From: Lama guanicoe
Lineage: Eukaryota
Length of the DNA: 64,000 nt
Direction: 5' to 3'
NCBI GenBank assembly: GCA_013239625.1
Contig: MU053881.1
Span: 7,339,957 to 7,403,956 of the forward strand
In this document: positions 14,101 to 26,740 of the stretch, piece after piece
How the letters are laid out: each line of letters begins with the position of its first letter
Numbering within the stretch: the stretch's first letter is position 1
Position numbers and translations under genes: made by a program
Notes under the pieces: model-generated
The model's database searches: none
What the model was told of the DNA's origin: nothing
The model's input: only the letters and a program-made list of their open reading frames with translations

Positions 14101-14909
14101 AAGGTAACTTGTGTCATTATCGGAAAGTGGTGTACTTGAATTGTTTTGTTGGTGGCAAGGATGGCATGGACTGTTATTTCTAATTTTTTTTTCTCCCTGG
14201 CCAATTTGTGAACAATTTGGGCACGTTTTGCTCCACTAGCTGGCTTAGGAAAACTGGGCATCGTGGTGGACTGCTTTTTCCCTCTGCGCAAGGTAACCAG
14301 TGCACTCAGAGATGGAGGACACACCAGGACCCTCATAAAACAGCACCATTTGCTGAAAAGCAGAGCAGATCACAGTTTCTCCAGAAGGAGTTATAAGTCA
14401 TATGGCTGGAAAATAATGTTTAAAAATTTGGCAGGCATACGCATTTCACATTTTCTTTCCTTCTTTTTTATTTGTATGTATATTCTAAGTGTTCCATAGT
14501 CAAGAAGTATCACCCTTCTACAAACAGACCAAAATTAAAGTAGTGAAAATTCCTTTTTCAAGGAAAATCTTACTCCTTAGCCATATATAGTTGAGCTTTT
14601 GGGTTAACGTAACTGTTACAATTCTCTGAGACTGTTCAGTGGGACAAACACCATGCTGAACACCATTGTTAGATAATCTTGTTAAACTCTGTTTCAGCCT
14701 ACAAGGGACATACTATTTTCATAGATAAGGAGCCTCTAGGGCATTGAGATTCAGTAACAAGCCCAAGATCACAAAGTTAGCAAGTGGGAGAGCCAGGATT
14801 CAAACTCAGACAGGCTGCTTACAGAGCCACCTCCTCCCTCCACTCCGCCTTGTAACCCCTAATCTGCATACCCACCTCACTCAAACAGCAACTGTCTCTC
14901 TCTATGCCT

Positions 14910-15960
14910 TCATCATTTTTTTTTTCTTGTTCTTTAGGATTTTTACAAGTCAGTTATACGTTTGATGTAAAGAAATTCCCACAAGGTTAAGTAGAAGGTG
15001 AAAATTGTCACGGAAGTCCCACACCTCCACCTCAGCCCCCGTCCCTCCTCCTCAGAAGAGGTCACTGTCAGTATGGCGGTGAGTTTCCTTCCAGACTGCA
15101 TTCTATGCATGCACGTGTGTTTGTGTCTGTGATGCGTGTACGTGCACGTGCACTGTATGTGTGTGATTTATACGGTTCTATAAATTGCTTTTTGCAGCTA
15201 ACCATGTGTCACTGGTATTTTCGCACACCATTTCACAGCGTGCCGTGTTCATTTCTAACCGCTGCACGGCAATGCCGGTGTGGGTACATCCCATCCTCCG
15301 TACTGACGGGCTCCATGCTATCTTCAGTTTTTCTCTATTATAAAATAGGCAGCAAGAAAATATTGAACATACATGTTTGTGTTTCTGTGAGAGCCCTTGT
15401 AGGACGGATGGGCGGCTGCCTGAAGAGAAATTAGTACATAAAAATGTATACACATATATACAAAAGCACATGCAAATGCATTTACACACACATTTAGGAG
15501 ATACTGACATATTACTAGAAAGAAGCAGTAACCAATTTCCTTGTACTCTTTTCCCTGTAACCTTGCTAACGCTGGTATACAAATCTTTTTAATTTTGCCA
15601 ATCTGATACATAATTTGCAACTGTAATTTGGAACTTTTTAGTTCCGAATGCAGGTGGGCACATTTTTCATATTTATTGAACAACTGCATTTATTATACTG
15701 CTTGTTTATATTCTTTTACTGTTTTTCTTTTGGGTGCGTTCTTTTCTTATTGGTGTGGAATTCTTTATATATCATTAATATGAACCCTTCTGCAGTAATA
15801 CACTTTGCAAGAATTCTCTCATGCCTGTCCTGTACTTTGTTGCTTGTCTCTTAGCTTTGTTTATTGTCTTTCCGTTGCACAGAAGGATTTTAATTTGTAT
15901 GTTGTCAGATGTGTCAGGCGTCTCCTTTATAGTTATTGGATTTTGTGTCTAGAGATTTAT
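14910..15960 (-). mobile_element. Ancient, highly diverged L1 (L1ME-type) relic
   Basis: T-rich strand with motifs tttttaattttgccaatctga, tttttcatatttatt, gaattctttatatat. Confidence 0.55.
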
Positions 15961-18900
15961 TCTTTATTCTTTCAAAACAAGATGACAAGAGATAACAAGA
16001 TTCCAAAGTCAGTGTTTCTAAAACCAGGCTCCACTGGGACACCCTTGTCCCACAGGATGGTGTTAGGCATTCTGTTGGGGGGAAAGGATTTGCAATCAAA
16101 TAATTTGGGGAAAGTCTGGCTTGAGCAAAGTTGAACCAGTAAGGCGGGGTTTGCTGGGGGCAGGTTGGCAGAACTTCTTAGAATTTTAATGTTAAGATTC
16201 ATCACGACATGCCTCCAGGCCACTGCAGTATACAGCATATTCCAACGTAGTTGGGCAGGCCGTCTTTATCAGGACAAAATAGCAAAAGCAGATGCCTGCA
16301 GGGCTGGGAAGCAGCAGAAGGGGGTGATATGAGAAGAGCACAGACCAGTGGGGAGTGATGAGGTGTGCGGAACCCACACTCTGTCCAAAGAATGAGTCAT
16401 TCTTGTTCACTCGTTTTAACACTGTGCCAGCCAAATCGAATGCATCTGCAGGCGGCACTGCCCCCGAGGCTGCCGGCTCACAACCTCTGCATTCCAAAGG
16501 GACACCATGTGCCGAGGCACACATCCTGATAAGGGCTGGTCTACACGTTCTAGCCAACTGCTCCTTCCTGTAGTCTAAGGCCGAAGAACACAGAGCTCTG
16601 GGCATACGGGGACCCGGGTGGGAATCCTGGGGGTCCCGGCAGCCCCTGCATGCGCCTCGGCCTGTTCCCGCGCCCCCTGAGCTTCAGCACCTTCGCGTGG
16701 GGCCGAGAGGGATGATGTGAAATGAAGTATGTCACGCACCTACTGGGACGCCCCCCCTTACAGCAGGCCCCCAACACTGTGTGAGCTGGGTCTCTCCTCA
16801 CCTCATCTCTCCAGCACTGGCCCTCATTCCTCAGCACTGGGACAAAGTCGAATCATAAATACGACCAAAGTGAGGGAACAAAACCAGAAATAAAATTGTC
16901 AGCAAGCTGGGGAAAGCCGGGACTTCGGCGTCTGCAGCAAGCTGCTGGCTTTCCAGGGTTGCATGTCATTCTGGGGCTTCAGAGTGGCTCTGCAGAGCAG
17001 CAGTCACCAGGAGTCTGCGTGGACACTCACACTTAGATGCTTCAGCTGACAGCGAGGAGGAGCTGGACAGGGCTGGGACAAGGGCTGCTTCAGAAGGAGC
17101 CCATCTCCCCAGCTTCCCAGCCCTGGGCTGGCGACGTTGTAAAGCAAACTGAGCGGGTGTCACCCTGAGGCTCCAAGGGTGTTATCCACTCGACTGGACA
17201 GAACTAAACTTCCGTCTGGTGCAGGTGGCCTCACAGAGGAGTGGCAGGCCTGCGGTTTTCTTTCCCAAAGGGGACAGCCCTTCTCTGACCCAGGCGGTTT
17301 CCCAACAACTCTGTCGTCGCAGCCAGCACTGGCCTCAGGGTGCCTGTCCATTGTCCTCGCCTTCACACAGCCCTGATGCACCTGAGTGGGGTGACAGCAG
17401 GTGGGTTCAGCTGGTGCTACCACCAAGCACCCCCAGAAGGCAGAGCAGCTCAGGGATACGACCTGCTGGAGACCTCCATCAGCTGCATGTTTTTAAGGCC
17501 TGGGGATTAGAAACAGCTTGGCTCTCTAGACCTGTTAGCCTCCTGGGAACTGTTCCACTTCACTGCTATTATTTTCACTCTCATTAACACTACCATGATA
17601 CATAAAATAATACTGTGTTATTACTTTCATCCCATAGTATATATTTCTAAATCATACGTAGTATTTAAGAAAAAAAACACACAGACGTGTTTACGCATAT
17701 GAATATGTGTGTATATAACAGGATTAATATATATTAATCAAAATTGCAAATGATTATTGTAAACTTTATACATGACAAATACTTTCTGCGCATGATCTCA
17801 TTTCATTTTCACATCCTGTTTTACCAGTGAGGAAAACTATGGCACAGAGAGGTAAAATAACGTATCAGAAGTCAACACAGCTAATAACCTACATGGCAAA
17901 GATATGTACCTGATTCTGTCCCCCTGGCTTCTGACCAGGATGCTCTGCTGGAGGTCGACAGAGAACCTTCTCCCTTTTTGAAAGAAGGTACAGTTTTTCT
18001 GATATCTCTTAAGTAAAGAATCCTCTCACCATATATGTGGGGGTTGCAAGAATGGCCACCAGGAAAACGTTTGCCAGCTCAATACTTAGTTTGTCTTGTG
18101 GCACCAAGTGAATTTCCTAGATTCCATTTAAAGTCCCTCTGCCAGAGGCCAGTTGCAGCAGAGAGCCAGACGCAAACCAAGCAGTGATTTTACTGGCCCT
18201 GAGAGAAGTCACAGGAGGACCCTTGAGATGATCACTATCCAGATGGACTTCACCAGGACTAATAATCGCGGGCTGCTAGCACACAGCAAATGTTTAATAA
18301 TAACAACAAAAATTAAAACCACACAGTTGCATGCCCTCAACTTCAAAAGGGATTTGTCTCCTAAGTGTGTTTCCAGGATCCCTCTCTCTCTGTCTCTCTC
18401 TCTTTCTTTCTCTCTCTCTCTCACACACACACAGACTGCTGAGTATTGGTACAGCTGACACAGACTTCTGGCCCCAAAGAGCACATCCTGCAATGACACA
18501 AGGTTACACAAGAACACTAGACATCTTCCTCATTCAAGAGCTCTGACAGTGTTCCCATCCCACCAGTTTTCAATCCTTCATATTTTAGCCAAGTGACGGA
18601 CAGTCAGGGTCCTTGGAAACTGGACAAACACGGTCACAGCAATTCATCACAGCAGGACCAGAAGCAGCAGCTCCCTGAGAGATGCTCAGCTGTCCCTGAG
18701 AAAAATACATGCCACTCTCCCTGGACATTCAGCCTTGGCACTAGTCTTCCAGTGGCAGGGAAGGGAAGAGGGACCTACATGTTCCAGGTACGTATGTCTC
18801 TGTGCTGTCTGTAACCCAACAGGGTGCCGGCCCCTGAGGCTTGGCAGGAGTTCAGTGTTTTAACTGGCTGGCTGAAAAAGCAGGTCGTCTGTGTTCAAGT

Positions 18901-19469
18901 CCGGATCCCTTTTACCTACGTGTCCTTGGGGAAGGTAACTCTGCTCCACTTTCCCCATCAGGAGAATGAAGGGAATAAAGTTACCTACTTTACAGAACTG
19001 ATGTGAAGATGAAATGAAAACTGCGACCCATCAGTATGACTACAGCGGCCTCACTGGAACAAAATTTCAACCTAGCCTCCATAAATCCAACATTCCCAAA
19101 AATTGCCCCTAAGGACAGGGTATACGGTTGAGAAGGGGACAGCATTAAAGAATCATTTCACAGTCTGAGGTCAAACTCCAGCTCTTGCTGTTAAATATGA
19201 GTCTCACGTCTCCCACCTCTGGGGTCTCAGCGTGCAGCCTGCAGGCTACTTCTCAAGAATGAACCACTCTCTTCCCCTATTTCGGACATTCAAACATTTT
19301 ACACCAACTGACAATGAAAAGAGAGGAAAGAAAGGCCTCCTTAATTAGCTCGACGTCATGAGCATGGACCAGACGCCTGCCTGTCTGTACTATTGTTTAC
19401 ATTCTCACTGCTTATCCACCTGGCTTTCCGCCAGGAGACCTGACTCTTTAATAAAACCATGCCTCGTTG

Positions 19470-19700
19470 GGTGGTGATTAGGAACCCAGACTCTGCACTT
19501 AACACAGCCTGGATTCAAGTCCCAGACCCGCCACTTCTTAGCCGTGGTTAACTTACTCAATCTCTCTAAGCTTCTATTTCCTCATCTGTAAAGTAGAGAT
19601 AAGAAGAATATTTGCCTAATAAGGTGGTTGTTATAAAAATCAAATGAGCTCATGGCATATATGTGAAGCTTTCAGCTCAATGTGTGACACATAATAAAAC
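19470..19700 (+). mobile_element. MIR SINE
   Basis: cctggattcaagtcccag...tttcctcatctgtaaagtagagataa. Confidence 0.75.
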
Positions 19701-22700
19701 GTAAGATAGTGGAAGACTAGTCACTCGCTCATTCATTCAGCTGAAAGACACTCAAGCATCTACCATGTGACAGCCACTGGTTCAGACACTGGAGACAGGA
19801 AACTCAGAGGCCCCTGCCCTCCTGGACACTCTAGCGGCTACAGCAGCACATGCAGCAATCACAGTGGCCAAGGGAGCAATATCCTGCGCTTGAGGGTTGC
19901 TCCTTGATTTTCACTCGTACAGCAGATTGGAGCATTAGGATGAATCATGACCGACAGGAGAATGCGCCAAATAGGTCTTCACCATGTCACCAAATGGCCG
20001 CTACTCACATCTGAGCTGTAGCCAGCTCTCAAGTGTCTAGTGTGGACTGTCTCAGACTGCCGTCAGTTTTACCAACAATGCTCACAGGGCTGGCACACAC
20101 CGGGACTTCTGAGCGTACAGCCCATTCGGGAAAGAACATGCAAACCCCTAGCCTAAGCCATTTGTTGTGGCTTAGAGAATCATATTAAGTTTGGAGCTAG
20201 AAGACCTGGGTGGAATGAAATCCTGGCCCCACCCTATGAAGAGGTACAATTCAGGGTGAATTACTTAACTTCGTGAGCCTCCGGTGGACACAGAAGGCAG
20301 TGATTCCTTGCAGACCTCTGGCAGGACTGAAAAACACTGCATGTGAAAGCTTCAGCTCCATGCCTGACACATGGTAGGTACTCAATCAATGGAAGCTGTT
20401 TTTAATGCTCTTTCTCCCTTCTTTGGACGGCTGGCTTTAAATTCTCCATTGTTTTGTGTGAGCTACTGCCGTGCCAACTCTGAACAGTGAGGAAAACTAC
20501 AGAAAGCAATTCACGAGAGCCAGAAGAGCCTCAGACCTGAGAAGTGACTTACTTGGGTCCAAGAACTCACGATGGGCAAGGCTGAGATTGAACGGGATCA
20601 TCCCTACTCTGAACTGACGAGCCGTTACCCAGCTGGAACTGTCACGTTTGAACCAGGAATGTCAGTCCTTGGCTCTCTATGCTCTCATCCAAAACGTATG
20701 GCAGACATTACTAACAGATCACAGCCCTCTTTCCCACCGTACCCAATGAAGGCTCAGAACCAAGGCTCCAGTCATGCTGTACTATTTCACTGGGTAAAAC
20801 TTTGCCGCCTTTCTTTTTTCTTTTTTCATAGTGTCAGTTCTTGTGAATTTATCCTCCTGGAAATTTGTATATGTTTCTTGATCCAGCTGAATAACTCAAT
20901 GTCCTAACACTGTTCAGCTTCATGCTACAGGGTTAAAAATACAAATATTCCCTTCCAGATTCCACTTTAGGAAAATGCCCTCGAAGCTTCTGCTTTATGA
21001 TGAGGTAAAGGAGGGAGAGATATAAATGACTGAAAATTATTTAAACTGAACAATGCAACAGGCTTTGCACACCATGCTTTGCATGCGTTACTTATTTAAT
21101 CCTCTCAAGAAGTCTCCAAATTAGACAGACATCAGGCTTCCCATTTTATAAAAGGATAAACGAGGCCCAGGAAACTGAAATGATTCGCCCAGTGTTATGT
21201 GCCCAAGTGTGGACACCCCATTTCCCACCTGGGTCTCTCTGGCTCGAAATCCAAAGCTCTTTCTCCTGTAGCAAATGTCACAGTCTGCAGAAGATCCCTT
21301 GTGGGGGGTCTGCTAACCTCACATGCCCTTGACCCCTCTCCCATCACCAGCTCATTCCTCACGCCCCAAAAGAGCATCGTTTTCCCTATCTGAGTATGAC
21401 TTTAACCTCTTCTCTGACAACTTTTCAACAACCCTAGAAATAGGTGGAAAGCATCATTGATTTGATGTAAATCCCAGAAGCTAAATTTGGCCCTTAGAAT
21501 AAATATAAAAAAAGACAAAGTCCCTTTCCATGGCTCTGGGGTGGAAATCCATGAGGCGAAACCAGCATAATCTGGCCCGAATCCCAGGGAAAACAAGACA
21601 TTTCTAACACAGCCACCCAGGCGTTAAGAACCTGGGTAAAAAGACTCACGCCAAAGCCACAACAATCATGTGAGTTCTCTGTCTTTGCATAGCATTGTAT
21701 AACTGGCTTTTTTTCAGGCAAAGCTTACTTGATCCTCATCCGAACACTGAAGTTTTACAGATGATGAAACTGAGGCACTGAGAGGTTAAATTCAGCGTAA
21801 GGTCACACAGCGGATCAAGAATGCTTTGCTGACCCGGGTCTCCTCGGGGCCAGAAACTCCCACCAGCTCATCTTTGCTTCCTTGCTCCCTTTCTTTTCCA
21901 TTCCTTTCTTTCCCTGCCTTCTTATTCCCTCTGTCCCTTTGTTCCGTCCCCCAGTACACCCGTAGCCAGTTCATCACAGGAAAATCAGTGCTGGAACTGG
22001 GAAGGGTGGCTCCAGGGTGGCTCAATCCCTTGTCATTCTCAAGGTCACGTGGTCTCTCCCCTGGCAGCGCTGCCTCTTGGGGGCACCCACTCCTTTCTCC
22101 TCCCCACCCCGGCTTCCCCTGCTTGGCCCTCATTTCTGTTCCCGCACATTTCAGCTTCCTGGGAGCCTGTTTCACACCTGACGCAATGCTCTAGCCTCTC
22201 TCATGGCAGCCAGCCATCCTCAGCTCTCACCGGGCATCCTAACACAGTGCGCCCTCTTCCAGGAGAGGCAGGCGGGGGTACAGGCTCGGGCTCTTGTCAC
22301 ATGTCTTTCATGCTGCAGTCCCCCGCTCCTGTTACTCCCTTTGCGTCAAAATGATGAGGGTTTGAGGAATAGAAGGGAGACTGTTAAAAGGGAAAAAAAA
22401 AGCCTAGCAAGAGGGAAGAGAAGGTGAGAACTGTAAGACGGCAGGCCCAGCTCATCTCAGAGGAAGCACCCCCACCCCCAGCAGGTGCTAAATGTGCGGT
22501 ATGAAGAGCAGCGTGACGTGGCAGCTCGGAGCACGGTCTTTGGAGCCAGGAGGGAAGAGATCCAAATCCCAGCCACACCCCTCAGTGCACTGGAGCCCTT
22601 CAGTTTCCTCACCCATAAAACCGAGACCTGAACACCTATCCCAAGGGTTGTTCACTCAACAGACGCTTACCAAGCATTACCTAGGTACTGGGGCTGCTCT

Positions 22701-22824
22701 AGGTGCTAAGGGTACAGCGATGGACAAGACAAGCACCTCCCCACACACACATATACACACACAGACACAGACACACACACACACACAGGTTCCCAACATG
22801 TGTCAAATCAAAGGAAGCCATTAG

Positions 22825-23000
22825 CAGAGGGATTCCCAAACTTTGCTTCATATTAAAATCAAGTGGGGAGCTTTTTTAACTCCCTTTGCCCTGGTCACAC
22901 TCCATATCGATTAAATTAGAATGTCTGGTGGTGGTAACCAGACATCAGAATTTATTCAAGATCCTCAAGTGACTTTAACGTGCAAGGTTTGGAATCCAGG
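22825..23000. mobile_element. MER5A-type hAT-Charlie MITE
   Basis: ttcccaaacttt...aatcaagtggggagctttt...aattagaatgtctgg...caagtgactttaacgtgca. Confidence 0.65.
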
Positions 23001-23753
23001 GCGTTAGTAGTAAACGCTCCCTGGATAGACTTCTGCATTTGCCTCCTCCCCTCCATCCTAGCTGAAGGCAAGTACCTCATTCATGCTAACCAGAGGCTGG
23101 GCAACCCCAGGCGTGGTGGGTACTTACATTAGCAGTGAAAAGGATAACTCTGATTAAAAGAAGAATCTGGATTAACTCACTGGTTTCCATAAATGTCTTT
23201 GGGTTTTCTTCTTGGAGAAAGAACTCATGAGGCAGCCCTTCCCGAGCACGTGTGAATAAATGCTGTGAAAGTCATGAAGTCCCCCTGAAACAGCCTCTTC
23301 ACTCAGCCTGTTGGCAACTAAACTCCTCCTCCTCTTCAACAGGGTTGGCCTCGAACCTTCTCAAAGATTTACAGTCTATAGATTGACATCATAAACCACT
23401 AATTTAGGGGACTCCAACCCCAGACTATCTCTTGTTTACTGAGGAGACTCTCACCCCAAAAGGGGGTCTGAGTCTATGGTGTTGAGAGTAAAAAGTGGAC
23501 GATTTAAGAGACTGCCACCTTAACTAGTCTCACCGCTAGACATGGACCAGGTTTGACCTGCTTCCTTCCAGGGAGCAAAAGCTTCAGGGATGTTTACGAA
23601 GAGGCCCTGCTACCTTCATGGGAAACAAACAGTAAACATGCCTTCTCCTGCCCAGAGGAGCCCTCGGCGCTCCGGACCCTCACACCAAGTGACCAGCCCA
23701 GAACTTTAATTCACACAGGGCTGGGCTGCGTATCCAGGCAACAGTAGACATTA

Positions 23754-24182
<429 letters not shown>

Positions 24183-26249
24183 TTAAACCCTGAAGAACCT
24201 CAAAGGAATGAAATGTGTCCAAGCTGAGGGGACATTAATAATTTTACCCTTCTGCAAGAATCAGAGTGGGGACTGTGGTCATATCAGATTTTCAAAGCAT
24301 CTTGGAAGCATCCAGGAGAAATATTTTGGGGTGCACTGCCCTTCCCCTCAGCCCTGGGCTGCTTGCCGGAGGAATACAGTCACGCCCAGGCCGTGTCAGG
24401 GGCTGTCTTCTTCCCTGCCTTCTCACCTCAGGAGTGTGCCTGTTACCTCATTTACACCCCTTGTTTCTGATTATAAAGGCTCTGTGTCGATATTGTTAAA
24501 AAAAGAAAAAAGAAAACATAATAGAAACACATTTCTGATGAAGTGAGACTCCTCCTTAATCCTCCCATGAGATGAGCGATTGCTGACATTCTGACGGATG
24601 TCCCTGCAGAGATTTTTTGAGGCCTAATACATACATGTGACTTTTTATAGAAACCATCCCCTCATCTAAAATCAGCCTCCAGGCCCCTGAGTCTTATTGC
24701 CCTCTTGGCCCAGCCTTGGAGTCTTGTTCAGCCCAAGGCGTCTCCAAACAAGACTTTATTGCCCACCGTGAAAAGTCCACAGCCTAAGCTGTGGCATCCT
24801 GGGCGAAACACAGAGAGAGGAGCGCTCCGGTCTACGCATTCTGACAAAGAGGGTCTCCGGTCACAGCCCTACACAGCCAGACACCGCGGGGCTGCCGCCA
24901 TGGTGAAGGTGCTTTCTCAGATAAAGCGCTGACATGCTCAAGGGCTTTGCCTGCTCCATCAATCACAGGAAGGGCGGTCCCTCAGCGTCTCCTCAGCGCT
25001 GTCTCCACTCAGTCCCCACCCATCCTCTCGCCCCTCTTTTCATTCTGCTTCTCTCCCACTTCCTGTCCCTGTCTTTAAGCCTGTGTCTCTCTGCTTCCGA
25101 TCTTCTGAGTATCAATTCTGATTCATTCTGTCAATCTGTCAGTATCAATCTGTTCACTCTGTCCGTCGGTCCCTACGTTCATGTCTGCTGCTCACGTTCT
25201 CTTTGACTTCATCTCTCTTTCCTCTGTCTTAGTCCCTCTCTGTGTCTCCTTCTCTTCTTTTTCCTTAAGTGACCCCTTCCTAAAGCCTCCTGAAGTAAGA
25301 GGCTTAAAAGGGAAGCCAGTGCTGAATGTATATTGCAATCCATTACAGGGACCCGGCAATTGGTGCTGACTTTCTGGGTATCTAGTTCAAGGTCATGGAG
25401 ACAAGGTCATGGAGAGGAGCCAGGAGTCCTAAGTCTTGTCTCTTTCTCTCTCCTCCCCACCCTACACTCCTTGTCCTGCCAGCACAGCGATGTCTGCCGC
25501 TGAGGTTGTGTCTCAGAGTCATCAGCCCTGGGATCCAATCTCCACTTTGCCCAGTACTAACTGAAGACCTTATTAACAACAGCAAACATCACAGAGCACT
25601 ACTCTGCCCCAGGCACTGTCTATATATATTAAATCATGTACCCTCATCAGCACACCATGACAAGGGGCCTCACCTTGACCCCCATTTTACAGATGGATGA
25701 CTTAAACAACACGCCCAGGGACTCCGCATCAGGAAGTGTTGGAGCCAGAATTCAAATCTGGCCGTCCAGCTCCTGAGCCCGCCCTCTCCATCAGTTTGTA
25801 GATCACTGTGCTCAGCCCTTTCCTGCCTCTCTCAATTCCTGTAAGCCCCAGTTCCTCACCTGCAAAATGCAGGCTGCAACAGCACTGCGTCTGACGGTGG
25901 TAAGGAAACCAGCTCCCACGTGACATGCTCGGCACACGCCGGGCCCCAGTAAATGTTAGCCGTTGTCTTGCTGTTGTTAATTGTGGGAGTGGGAGTATTA
26001 CACAGATGAGGACATAAAACAACCTTTCAAGAGGTTGAAACTTGCCCAAATCCCATCAAAGTGGAAAAGGTGAGACCAGGTCTGGCAGGGAGGAAGGGAG
26101 GGTCCTAATTCAAAGCGGTGGTGCCTTCTTTCCCTGTGAGCTTTTCTCTGTGCCCAAAATTAAGATGGTCCATCCCCCAAGGCTTTTGCCTTGAAATCGG
26201 TTACTCTTTCCTCTAGCCACAGCTGCCTGAAAACATTTAATAAAATAAA

Positions 26250-26740
26250 TCAAGCATTGTAATTCCTGTTACTGGTCTATGGTGTCTCCCTCCCAGGCAT
26301 GGTGACCTCATCATTATATACATATATATGGACTTTCTCTGCAAGGTTTACCTATTTGTATATTTGCACGTGGAGGGTAGGGGAGGTGGGGATCCCACTG
26401 GGTCCTCTTCTTGGGAACCACCTGTGTTGCCCACAAGAATGGCCTCCAGCAGCTTTTTCCTGCTGGTTGACCCTACCTAGCCCCCACCTCCCACAAATGA
26501 AAAATCCCATGGCAGCTCCCTCCCTGGAATACATGCTCCAAGTCATCTTAGTGGCAGTGCTCCAGGGGGAAAGTTCATGAACTCCTGCTGAAGAGATCCT
26601 TGAGGCTACCCTGGTTCCTCATATCCCTGTGTCTGGTTACTTAATTCATTTTGGATTTTGCGAGCTGAACAAATATCCTTCCGATAAACTCCCTTTTTTG
26701 CTTAGACCAGCCCTGGCTGGACTCACTGTAACTCCTGTCT
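26250..26740 (+). mobile_element. MLT1-type solo LTR
   Basis: ccctggttcct...ttttgcgagctg...ataaactcccttttttgcttagaccag. Confidence 0.5.
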
